From: Glaucostegus cemiculus
Taxonomy: Eukaryota
DNA length: 64,000 nucleotides
Assembly: GCA_976551045.1 (NCBI GenBank)
Contig: CDPCPM010000050.1
Coordinates: 10,850,001-10,914,000 of the forward strand
Direction: 5' to 3'
In this document: positions 49,656-61,755 of the stretch, piece after piece
Numbering within the stretch: position 1 is the first letter of the stretch
How the letters are laid out: every line of letters begins with the position of its first letter
Program-made: the position numbers and the translations under genes
Notes under the pieces: generated by a model
What the model was told of the DNA's origin: nothing
Databases searched by the model: none
The model's input: only the letters and a program-made list of their open reading frames with translations

Positions 49656-50677
49656 ATACCATTACGAATACAAGTGGGCTTTGCTATGAATGCAGACACA
49701 AAATAGCAGTGATATTCAGGTGGAGTGAATATAAAATCAGCTAATAATATTGGATAAGTACTGTATGTTACAGACATTGTCACCATAGTATGAAAAAGAA
49801 TGTTGACAGCAGCAGGAATGAGCTATCTCCCCCATATTTGCTAAACTCCAGGCTACAACTTTACCAGTCCTCCTTAAAGTTAAACATTTTTCAGACAGAA
49901 TAAATTATGATTTGAGATCAAGTTTAAGTGGATTATTGTTGATAGTTTCCAATCAACTAACATTGTAAAGGTATGCATATGCCATACAGTTTGATTTGTT
50001 TTATTTGTTTAACAGAAATTTTGACTGGAAGTCATCAGCTTTGAAAAGAAGTACACTTTATTTTTCCAAAGCATAGACAAAAGGGTGAATCAGATGCAAA
50101 ACAGTAAGAATTAAAGGACGGTTGGTGCAGTGGCAGATATCAGTACCGAGAGCTCCATCTTCATACGTTTATGTAACTGTCTTGTACTTTATAACCACAA
50201 GTGTTTCTGCCCTGTTACTTTTAAAAGCTGATGTAATTTGTCATCACTGAATGGCTGGAAATGTTTGATTTGCACTTAATTTTTTTTTACAGAGGTCAAT
50301 GTCTCCTCTCTCTCCTCTCATCCTTTAGCAGCCCAGTTTGCAAAGAATTCAATGAATCAACAAATCCTAATGCCAAAGACGCTTTCTAATGTGTGACCAA
50401 GAATAGTCCCCTCTTCTTAACTGTTTTATAATGGTTTTAGTGTCAGTTCTAAATAATTGCAATGTGAAAAATGAGCATTCCCCCTTTTTCAAAATGCAAT
50501 TAGAACCATTTGAATGATGACCTTTGCAGGTATAAAAAAAACTCCCTTTAAGGAATTCTTCATCTCAGACCCTGTTGAAATAATTCCATGTATTTTAGTC
50601 AGACTGAATTATCACATGCAGAATTTGATCTATCACTGATGTTTATTTTCAAATCACTTTTTAATAAAAAAAAGCAT

Positions 50678-51131
50678 CACATTTATATATTGCCTTTCAC
50701 ATTCCTTTTAGGACAACCCAAATTGCTTCACAGTCAATTATGTATAGTCATTTGGAAGGTAGAGAATATGGCAGCCAGTTGGTGCACAACAAGGTCTCAC
50801 AATAAGCAATCCATTAAGACCAGATAATCCCCTTGCAAAACTGTTACTTGAGAACTAAATATTGACCAGGGTATTTGGAATAGTCCCTTTTATCATCTTC
50901 ATGGGATATTTTATATAAAACATAAAAAAATAGAAGCAGAAATAGACTACTTGGGAGAAGTTACGTGGGGCTTTGGTTTAACATCCAATCAGAATGGCAG
51001 CAGTTTCCTTGGTGAAAGACTCTCCATTGGACCATCTAGTGTAGATGTTTGCAGATCAGTGGAGTGATACACAAACCTACATTTATCTGACATAGAGTGG
51101 ATTGTAAACAACTGAACCAGTGCTGACACCT
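50678..51131 (-). mobile_element. Near full-length degraded DeuSINE
   Basis: atttatatattgcctttcac tail; aaatattgaccagg; ggggctttggtttaacatccaatcagaatggcagc (Deu domain); caactgaaccagtgctgacacc head. Confidence 0.75.
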
Positions 51132-52059
51132 CAGTTCAATAGTTAAGCATGCTACATGACAAGTTGATTTTTGTCATTCATGCTACTCTAAACTATTGTG
51201 AAAAGAGGGATTTTGAAAAAGACCCTTTCAGCAAAGACACACCATTCGTCCATGCATAGAGCAGGCCACGATCTTTGCGTATTTGATACCCAACTCCTGA
51301 AGCAGACACTCTCTTCCAACCTGGAAGTGAGTTCAAGGCAGATGGGGGAAAAGCCTACATGAGTAAATGCTACTTCCCCACTGCATTCCTAGGAACTTCT
51401 GGCTAGGCCATTCAAAGTGGAGAAGGAGCATTTGGGATGGATTTGAGAACCTCAACACCATGCATTGAAAACACACAGAAGCCCTGTTTAAGGAGCACAC
51501 CACCTCTACTGTCAGTCACCATCTGCCCAATCTGCAGATGATTCTGTGTTCCAATGTCAGCCTCATTAGCCATCTCATAATCCACAAAAATAGACCAGAA
51601 GTAAGTCATCCTCAATCCTGAGAGATTACCTAAAGGAGAGTCTACCCATTCTGAAATTCAGATTTAAATTACACTGAAAAATATCAGTAGCTTCATTATT
51701 AATCTATCTACAACTTTCTTTCCACAGGATGCATTTAGTGCTGAAAAACTTTCCACAGTGTTTCTCAGAGATGTAATCAAAGAAGAAATAAAAATGGATG
51801 CCACTATCAATACTGGCAAAAGCCATTGCTGATCTTAGATTGCCATAATTATGGTAAACATTATTCCCAATCAAAGATACAGCATCATGTAATTTAGACT
51901 CTCCACACCTTCCTGGGCGTCCTGCACTGACTTCTTGGCACTCAAGTAAGATATAGATGTGATAAAATAATATGAATAATGCCTGAAAAAGAGTTATGAA
52001 TTCTTCTGTCATATATATCTGCATTATGTTTTACGAGTTCAGTAGCCATACTGTTAGGA

Positions 52060-52720
52060 GGCCAAGACCTAGATCATGATGAAGTCTGGAGCCCAAGACC
52101 AAGATGAAGTCTGCACGCATGGTGGACATGTACTGCTGGGTACCTCCCAATTGACACATGCAACAGAATCTTATCTCAGCGAGATCAATGGCAATTCAAT
52201 CATAATTCTGGGACTGATGACACTTGTGTCAATGTGCATCTCATGTTGTTGGAGAGCAATATGGAGAGAGTAACCATAGAAACAAAGGATAGACCTTGAA
52301 CTCCAGGATCCATCCCTTAGGGCAGCGCTAGGCACTGAAAATGTCTGGCAGTGCAGACTCCCTCATGCTGAAGGATTCAGGGGGTCTGCCAGGAAACATT
52401 GCATTGATCATCAAGAAATTTTGCCCATAGTCCACAACCAGCTTTATATTTGGGGAACTCTATCTGTTGATGAAATGTTCTGGGTTATAAATTGCAGCCC
52501 TAATTAACACACGAGTGCAGCCAATGACTGCCTGCTCTTGTGAGAAGCCAACAATGCTGCCAAATCCCACTGCCCAGGATGTTACTTTCTCGTTACTGAA
52601 ATCAAAAAGAAGAAACCCTTCCTTCATGAGTGGAGAGTCTCAGTGCACTCTGCTGCTGCCATCTGGAATGACCCAGTGGTCAGATATCTGAGAGTCATTA
52701 TTACTTTGATCTTCAGGAGG
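52060..52720 (-). pseudogene. PIF/Harbinger (HARBI1-like) transposase relic
   Basis: Minus strand IKVIMTLRYLTTGSFQM; GFSQEQAVIGCTRVLI..FINR*; GWILEFKVYPLFLWLLSP; EIRFCCMCQLGGTQQY; catalytic aspartates lost, stop present. Confidence 0.85.
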
Positions 52721-52794
52721 AGAACAGTACCTATCACAAGAGCATGGTTGAAGGTCCTCCTGCAAAACTGTACAGATTCCACTGATGAGAGACT

Positions 52795-53280
52795 TTGAAT
52801 TGTTGCCCATCCCTAAGCGCCATCAAGAACAACTGCAAACTACATGGTGAAAGTACTCCCGCAATGCTGTTACATAAGAAGTTCCAGGATTTTGATTCAG
52901 GGATGGCGATGGAAGAGCAATACAATTCCATGTCAGGATGGTGTGTGAATTGGATGGAAGCTTGCAGTTGGCTGTGTTCTCAAGCATCAGCTGTCCTTGT
53001 CTTTCCAGAGAGTTGGGGAGGTTGAAAAAGCATGTGAGTTGCAATAATGCACTAGAGTTTGTGAGAATGAATGCTTAAGATGGCAGATGATGTGCCAATC
53101 AAGGGGAGTGCTTTGTCTTGGATGATGTCGAGTCCTTTGTCTGGCTGAAGCTGCATCCATCCAGACAACAGGAGAACATAGTGACTTGGCCTATTTGATG
53201 GCGAGAAGGTTTTGGGGAGATAGAAGGTGACTCACTCACGTCAGAAAACCCAACTCCTGGCCTGTTCTTGGAGCTGCACA
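52795..53280 (-). mobile_element. L2/CR1-group LINE 3' end
   Basis: ttgttgcccatccctaa tail; gagttccaggattttga-like segment; homologous to 1500-2160. Confidence 0.85.
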
Positions 53281-53319
53281 TGAAGCAAAAAATACCAAAG
53301 GTATTTTTTGCTTCATGTG
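53277..53319. repeat. Perfect 20-bp inverted repeat with 3-nt loop
   Basis: cacatgaagcaaaaaatacc-aaa-ggtattttttgcttcatgtg. Confidence 0.97.
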
Positions 53320-55418
53320 GAAAATTGGCAGGAGGTTAGTGGAACTATCAGTTATGGGGAATTTCTTGGGAAGTTCCAGTCTAGATTGCAGTGAGGGAAT
53401 GGAGCAACTAAGAGGAACTTAAATCTTGCTGTTCCCTCTTTTATTACCTAAAGTGTGATGTTTCTTAGCTCTTTGAGATGTCACTTTTCATATAGGCTAC
53501 AAGTTTTTTCAGGTCTGAACAGATCATTGTCCAGCCACCACTTCTTTGACCAATATGATCATTACTATGTTTAAAAATAATAACCTCAATTTATTTTTGG
53601 CAACTTACTCAGTTCCAGGGGATGATATCTCTTTCTTCATTGTTACTTTCTTAATAAAGTAATATTTTCTTCTCAATTTATAAAAAACCTTAATTACAAT
53701 TGTTGGAATAATCATAGAGAGCACTTTTGTTCACTAGATATTATCCATAAGCATCCTTTTACATATATTTGTAACAAATGATTGCAACAATTCACTCAAA
53801 TTGCAAAAAATGCAATGTCTATTACCAATTACACAGGAAATATGGTGTGACAAGTTATATTGGAATAGCAAGTTCATTTGTGTATAATAAGGGCCAGTTA
53901 GTTTGCTAGAAGGAAGTCCTGCTGCTGTGAAGTGATATGTCGCGTGAAGTTAATTAGTGCTTTGCATCAGAAATACATTGGCCAGTCTATTTAAGCTGGA
54001 CAAGACGGTGGTCTGCCATGTTACTTAAAAAGTATTCTCACCAATTTTATTGTTCCTTATGGGATGGAAGTAAAAGAAAATGTTAGCTCCTGTCCCAGTT
54101 AAAAAGCATAATTCTATGCAGTAGTTGCATGTTGACATAAAGAGAATCCTGGACTGGTCTTTTACGAATTTTTATAAACAGCTTAAGCTGATCTTTAAAA
54201 AGTACTGACAGATTTTGGCCTGAGGCACACTTTCAGACATTTACCAGGTCCATGGCTGTTTTTTTCAAAATTTTTATTTACTTAATGAAGCCTTTGGTTT
54301 GTTTTCCCAGTGTATATTAACCATATGGATAAATTTAACACAATGTTCTAAATCAGTGACACAATTGTAAGGTGTTTAGTCTTTACAGTTTGAATTTGAA
54401 GTAATTCTACCTTCTCATACAGAATGCATAGCAATCCAACATTTTCAAACACAAGAAATCTCTCATTCAGGAGGTAGTTATAAGGCTGTCTGAATTTTAG
54501 GATTTGGGCATCATCAGTGAGAAGGACCTAAACATTTCTTAACTTCTTCAAGTGCTAGATTTCTGGTGACACTTTGTACTAGAGAATGATTTACTTTTTC
54601 TCTTATTGTCCAACATCAATGTGGATAATTCTCATAACATAGAAACTGGCCAGTTTCACTATCTGCTCAGCTGTTTAATCTATTATGGCATGCTGCATCA
54701 CACCAACATTTTTGTACACCGTATCTTTGTGCTATTTCAGTATCAATTTATATTGAAATAAGGGGAATGTTACGCAGTTTTTGCATTAGCAATTTGTTTG
54801 AGACTTTACAAACTCATCTCCTACAGCTTAGACAATGAGAGTTTTTGATCAAACACAAAGCCAGATCTGATTCCACTCGATTGCCAGAAGTGTCAGTATC
54901 AACCAAACTCCCATGCCTGAAATTTTTAAATAACTTTGCTGATATCTGCCTGAAGTGATTATTGAAACTGGGATTAACTCTGCTAATCTGTACTGTAAAT
55001 TAGACTTGGCTAATAATTAATCATAAATTGGAGCTGACTATTATTGCAATAGTATCATTCTCCCTGAATGATGGGAATAGTAGATTTCTACAATTTTCCA
55101 ACCACTTAGATCATTTGAGAGGATAATGATCACAATGTAAGATCCCATATTCCAGAATCATGGATCATTTTAGCCTGGGAGCAGAACATTTATCAGAAAA
55201 CACACTGTGACCAAGACATCCAGTGGATTTTTGCAGAGGAACGACATGTCGGTGGCACAATGGTACTCTGTGATTGTCATCAGTGTAAAAATTCTGGATG
55301 GGAATGTGGAAGTGTATCTACCCTGCTAGTTACTCCTTCCATACTTTATTTTCCCTTTTCCATGCCACACTAGTAACAAAATCCTTGAGCTTTCATAGCT
55401 AATCATTTCAAAACATAC

Positions 55419-55783
55419 ATTGATAGAGGTGTGCAAGATGATAAGAGGCATAGATTGAGTGGACAGTTAGAGACTTTTTCCTAGTGCGACAATGGCTAAC
55501 ACGAGGGGACATGATTTTAAGGTGATTGGAGGAAGGTATAAGGGGAATGTCAGGGGTAAGTTTTTTACACAGGGAGTGGTGGGTGTGTGGAACACACTGC
55601 CTACAGAGGTTGTGGGGGCAGATACATTCAGGACATTTAAGACACTCTTAGATAGACACATGAATGATAGAAAAATAGGGAGCTATGTGGGAGATAAGGG
55701 TTAGATGGATCTTAGAACAGGATAAAATGTCGACACGACATTGTGGGCTGAATGGCTTGTCCTGTGCTGGTGTGTTCTATGTA
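55419..55783 (+). mobile_element. CR1 LINE 3' end (relatively young)
   Basis: ORF 55492-55704: NTRGHDFKVIGGRYKGNVRGKFFTQGVVGVWNTLPTEVV..FKTLLDRHM. Confidence 0.92.
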
Positions 55784-55948
55784 TCATTGTTCAGGAGAGA
55801 TGATGCACAACTATACAATTTATCCAGAACAACTGTATTACAACTCAGTGAGTGATGAAGCAGGAGTTTTAGCAGACTTTATGCTTTTCATTAATATAGG
55901 CACAGAGTGGCACTGAATGGGATTCATCTTCCTGGCTTCACCTTCACA

Positions 55949-56177
55949 TTTAAATTTTATTTTACAGCGTGGTAACAGGCCCTTTCGGCCCAATGAGTCC
56001 GTGCTGCCCATTTTAAACCCCCAAGTTAACCTACCCGTACGTCTTTTTAGAATGTGGGAGGAAATCCACGCAGACATGGGAGAATGTACAAACTCCTTAC
56101 AGTCAGCGACAGGAATCGAACCCCGATCGCTGGCGCTGTAACAGCATCGCGCTAACCGCTACGCTATCGTGCCGCCC
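55949..56177 (-). mobile_element. Young CpG-rich V-domain tRNA-SINE with CR1-type tail
   Basis: Minus strand gggcggcacgatagcgtagcggttagcgcg.. ggggttcgattcc; tail gggccgaaagggcctgttaccacgctgtaaaataaaattt. Confidence 0.92.
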
Positions 56178-56204
56178 AATTATTAAGTAAAAAGAGATAC
56201 TGGC

Positions 56205-56750
56205 GTCAGGGTAGAGAAAGTCGGTCAGGTTGTTACCTGAGATGAAGGCGTTGGCATGTGAAGAAAGGTTGAGCAGGTTGGGCCGATACTCATAGCAGGA
56301 TAAAAGAATGAGAGTCATAGACTCATACAGAATGGAAAGAGGCCCTCCAGCTCACCTCATCCATACTGACCAAGATGCCCATCTAAAACAGATGATATTA
56401 TTGAAATGTAAAAGATTTTGACGGTGATTAACAGGGTAGATGTTGGGAAGATGTTTCCCCTCGGGGTTATCTAGAACTGGGGAGAATTCATTTAAGACAG
56501 AGGTGAGAAAGAATTTCTTCTCTCAGTGGGTCATGAAATTTTGGAATTCTCTACCCTATGGATCTGCGGGGCTGCTGTCACTGAATACACTCAAGGCAGA
56601 GACCGGCAGACATTTGAACTGTAAAGGAGTTAAGGGATCTGGAGAGAGAGCAGAACAGGGATGTTAATGCCAGGGCTGGATCCACCACTGAATGGTGGAG
56701 CAGGCTCAGGAGCCCTGCTGGTCAGTCCCTGCTCCTGTTGCTTATGTTCT
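56205..56750 (+). mobile_element. CR1 3' portion with a short inverted CR1/SINE tail inserted at ~56313-56385
   Basis: ORF 56440-56667: FKTEVRKNFFSQWVMKFWNSLP; cctgctcctgttgcttatgttct tail. Confidence 0.85.
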
Positions 56751-59700
56751 TCTGCTTGCTGCTCACATTGGCAAAATGGGGAAACACTACTTCTTGGTTA
56801 CTGCAATTTTGGATTCACACTGAGAAGGAGTGTTTGACTGTATTGCATGTTCCCCAAAAGTGAGGCATTCATGAAGGCCACTGATACCCCTACAGGCATC
56901 TCCCTGACAGCTTCCTGCCATAAGTGCCTTTTTCACATGGAAGCTGTCTCCTGTGCACTCCATCCTCTGCCCTCCTGTATGGACTCTGGACACATCTTTA
57001 ATGATTTCCAAGTGTTCAACATAGAGATAATAATATACTTTTAGTACAATTACCCTTTCTTCATTTAAGAAGGAAACTGAAAACATTGTGGGCCGAAGGG
57101 CCTGTTCCTGTTCTATTTTCCATGTTCTACTGTGAAGCTCAAAGATGCAACTTACAACTGCCATTGAACAGTCTCAGTGGAACAGTATATTTAAGGAGGA
57201 GGTAGATAGATTTTTCGACACAAAGGCATTAAGGAACATGGGGAGAAGACACTAAATTGTATTGAGGTAAAGGATCAGTCATGATCATATGGAATAGCAG
57301 ATTAAACTTAAGGACCAAATGGCTAACTCCTGCTTCCATTTCTTACACTAATGTTTATGTAACAAGATGCAGATCACACTAATACAATGCTTTTATTGTT
57401 ATTTTAAGAGACACTCTTCTGACATTGGATGATCTGGTTATGTATCTTCAAAACTGTCTGTAGGTTGCTTGTTAGCTTCTCAAGTATATAGAGTGTGCTT
57501 AAACCAACAGTGAATGCTTGTTCCAGAAGTTAGCTGCTGAGAATCTTACTGTGGTAACAGCACTGGCGGTACACCATTACTGGAGGCATCACGATAGCCA
57601 GGACTGACCTTTCAGAATAGGTAAGGGACCATATTCCTACAGTCTTCAGAGACACCACCTCCTACCAAGCCCTCACTGATCAATAATGCATTTGCAGGAA
57701 GAAGTTTTTCAAGATTGTAATCACTAGAAGATATGGCAGTCTGTGGGAAGGTGGGAGGTGGGTCAAAAATGTGTGTCAAACATGTGACATTTGGCCCAGG
57801 CATTTTTGTGCAAGATTTGTGCAGCATTTTTGCCTGTGTGCCTGATGCTGCCTGGAGGATAGAGGAAACATTGTCTGCCCTGGTCACTGGTCTAATGTTG
57901 TGAAGGTCTCGCTTTCATCCAGAAATAAACATACTAATATGGTTCACTCAGGATAAACTGGATTGAAGGTTACACAGTGATGAAGAAACAATTTGTAGGC
58001 AAAAAAGTACTAAAAAGAGTGCTTCAACTGAATTGCATATTTAGGTCCAGGCCCAGCTGACTTCCTTGGACTTGGCTCTTCCCATTAATCAGAAATCTCA
58101 ATGAATTTCCACCTCATAACAGATAGTAACTCTCAACTACCTTGCATGTAATTTATGTTTAAAGGCACAGCCCCTTGGACCCACTGTGCTAACTTTGCAC
58201 AGAAATAATGATAAATATCTTTACATGGAAAATTCACAATCATTTCTAAATAATATCCAAATGTGAGAGCATGCTAAAAATAAACTTAGAAATTGGATCC
58301 ACCTGCACACATTTTTCATGTACAAATTGTGCATAAAGATACTTTAACTTGGGTCGGATTGTGTAAGCATTCATTTCCAGGTAAAAGTGCACCATCAGAA
58401 AATTGACCTAGACACTTCTACAGATGATTCAGGTTGCCACAGCTGATGTTCTCCCAGTGTCAGATGCACACATATTTGTTTTTCTTCATTTATGGATAAA
58501 TTGGAACCTTTAGCTTCAATCTACAATCTGCATTGAGAACTCACAGAAAAACTAAGAGACTATTGTGCTGAAATTGGCATAAGAATACCAAGTCCCTCCT
58601 CTCCTGTGCATTCCCTTACCTACATGGTAACCTTTTAAGCAGCTATTCTGTGGTTGCTACAGGGAGAGTTCCTTAAAGGTCTGACATGCCTTCAAGTGAT
58701 GGTAGCGCCAATGCTGCAGCAGTTGCAAACTCCTTATGTAGCTCTTGATGGGAACTGTACAGATTCCCACTTTAGCACATAAGTCTGCATGTTTATCACA
58801 AGTTTTGCTTTTTAATGTATTTTTGCCCAATTTCACTAATTTTTGTTGAGAATCCAATTGGGTGTTACTGCTTTACATAGTGTGTGTTTAGCACACCGAA
58901 AGGAGGATGAAATCCAACTTGCAGCTCATAGACTTAAGGCTGGCAGGGAAAAAAAAAATCATTGTAGGATTGTATACAGTCTGTCAAAAGCATTTTATTG
59001 ACCGCCTATGACATGGGAAATTTTCCTTAACATAAAGACAAATATGAAAGAATTCTTTCTCCAATTCTTTCACTGTTGAATTTTAATCACTAACAATCAA
59101 ATAATTTAAAAAATTGCTGCGGTGCTTTGAATAGAATGCTATTTTTAGATAAGTAAGTGTGTACAAATTCAAAAACTGAGCAGTTGGTAAATATTAATCT
59201 TCCCCCTGCGTACAAATCAATTATAAAGAAATAATAAAGGCAATGCTCACAAAGCTGTCCATCTCTGTAATCCCATATCTTATCTCCTTTTTCAGAAATC
59301 TCACTAAGTGCTTCCGATTCAAAGATTCACCTTGGTGTGTTGCAATATGCATTACGTAGGCAGTGATAATTTTATTTCCTGCTGGCTCTCATGTAACATG
59401 CAAAAGAATTAGGTAGAGTCCAAAATTCCTTCCTTTCACAAGTATCTGCACCTGGTTGAGCCTGAAGAGAATACAGCAAGGTATAACATCTGGAAATGAA
59501 TGACAGAAACAATTACACTGAAATCTTCACAGTCAACGCTGAGTCCTGTTGAAGGGTAAACACCTTTTGGAAAAAGTTGGCAATACTGATTCCAGATCTG
59601 TTGTCTGGATTCCACCTGTTTAAATGGGCAGGCAGATGCTGCTGTGAAAGATGTTTGGCTTTTTGAGTAAGGAGGATTTTGCTGCTTCAGCACTTTTGTG

Positions 59701-60139
59701 GCATGTTAATCCTTTGCAGTTGAAGAATGGGACAGAATTTTGCCACTCCAATTGTTTTGGTTAATTGTGAGGAAGTCTAGTTAGTGGAAGCAACAACAAG
59801 CCACATTGGCAGTTACTGAGGGGTTTGACTGGATCTCTTCTGGGCAACTACAAATCTTTCCAAACCCAAACAGGAATTCCATTGCTCCTCTTTCTGATCA
59901 TGGAAGTTTTGTGCAACTGATAATAAAAGAGAAGCTCAACAGGTTAGCCAATACTTATTCAGCCAACACTTATTTCCACACCATTCTTCTTCATGTCATG
60001 ATTGCTTGCCTTTTTCACCCACTTACTGAGACATATACATTAAATTAAAGTTCAAAAGAGGGGCCATCACTCTGATGTGAATGGCCTACCTGGCTCTTAA
60101 CAGTGAGAAGAACAAATATGGAGGCAAATTTCTGAGATG

Positions 60140-61120
60140 TGCAAAGATAATAAGGCAGAGATAATTGGAGATTTCAACCATGTGATCCCACTAACATTAA
60201 GTGGGATCACATCAGAGACAAGTGTACAGAAGGAACAGAATTCTTGAAGTACTTTGAAGAGATCCTTTTAAAGCCCAATAAAAGATGACTGGGATGGTTG
60301 GAGGATACTTGACAATTTTAGGGAACAAACATGGACAAAAGGGAAATGTGGTACTTAGAGAGCAGTAGGATTCCCCATGGTTGTGGAAAACTACCAAGTT
60401 ATGAGGTAATGCTAGTTTTACCAATCTGAGATATTATTTAGCAGAAGTGAACTGGATACAGCTACTTGGAGGTAAATCAGTGTCAGTGAAGGGGTAGGTA
60501 TTCAAGGATAGCTAATGTTCTGAACAAACGGGCTCCCAGTATAAGAGGGAGGAAGATCCAAGTTCTAGTTCTTTGTTGTTGCTGAGGAACATACAGAGTA
60601 GGATAAAACGAAAGGGAAGATTATGACAGATAGTGAGAGTTTAATGCTGCAATGGCTTGAAGGAGCACAGAGGTACACTGGTAAAAAAATAGGAATAAGC
60701 AAGGCGAAGAGTCAGTATGAAAAAACACTGGATGGTAAAGATCAAGAAAACCCTGAATATGTTCTATAAATATACGTATGGAAAGAGAATTAGAAAGGAA
60801 CATGCAAGGCCCATAAGAGACTGAATTGATAGTCTGAATATGGATGTGGAAAGCGTGTGTTAAGTTCTGACTGAATACTTTGCATCTGTCTACACATAAG
60901 GTACCTCAAGCCTGGAAAAAATATGTCCAGGACTTAAAAGAAAAAGGAGAAAATATCACAGACTCCGACCAACATTTTTCTGGCCACAGGTGTGGTGGGG
61001 AAGGTCTGCAAGGTTGCTAATGTGATTCCATTGTTTAAAAAAGCAGTGAACTGATAGACTGATTCTGATGTATGGTATAAATTAACATTTAGAGAGGCAG
61101 AGGTTAATCAAGGACAGTCA
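60140..61120 (+). mobile_element. Degraded CR1 ORF2 fragment (endonuclease to pre-RT)
   Basis: IIGDFN..W; ILGNK; KINENP-like aaagatcaagaaaaccc; EYFASV; VANVIPLFKK. Confidence 0.78.
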
Positions 61121-61559
61121 TCTTGTGTCTCTGCAATTTAATGTCATGACTCTAGGTTCTTTAGAGTTGCTACTTTGGAAGGAAAATAATAGAGGCAGGG
61201 CTATTAACATATTATCCTCCTAAAATGCAGTCAACTTTCTCCTCAGTGTAATGGTTGGTACATCAAAAGTCATCCCACATGATAGACTTAATTCTTAAAG
61301 ACATGCTTGTATATAGAACACTGCTTTCTTCTTTGAAAAACCTACAAACTATTAGCAATCTACAAATATAAAATTATACAAATAACAGATTTTTTGCAGA
61401 TATAGACATACACAGTTATAAATGTAACAAATGTAACATTACTTAAATATCCCTATAGGTCCCAAAAAGCAAAATCATTGTCCAAATGATGCCTTGGACT
61501 TGGACTGTTCTTTGCTCTGAGACCTTTCACCTTGATTTAATTCTCTGTCAAAAAACAAA

Positions 61560-61755
61560 TATAACCATAGATGCTGAAATGTGAACCAAACACAGAAATG
61601 CTGGACAAATTCAGGCAGTTAACCAGCTTCCATAGAAAGAGAAACCAATCAACATTTTGGGTCCCGAGGAGTATCTGAAACATTGACTGTTTTTCCTTTC
61701 CACAGATTTGGCTTGACTGGCTGAGTTCTTACAGAATTTCTGTTTATGTTTTTAA
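61560..61755. mobile_element. Penelope-like terminal hairpin
   Basis: Same two-armed palindromic family as 2850-3032 (acagaaatgctgg..agaaagagaaac..aacatttt / gaaacattgactgttttt..ccacagat..atttctgt). Confidence 0.65.

Noticed and set aside
53277-53319. Hairpin as a rho-independent terminator or pre-miRNA
   Set aside because: Eukaryotic context; a perfect 20-bp stem with a 3-nt loop is shorter and tighter than typical pre-miRNA hairpins
55949-56177. CpG-rich patch as a CpG-island promoter or tRNA gene
   Set aside because: Fully explained by a young tRNA-derived SINE with V domain and CR1 tail
59436-59693. 85-aa minus-strand ORF as a coding exon
   Set aside because: No recognisable domain, non-ATG start and no convincing splice-site pair
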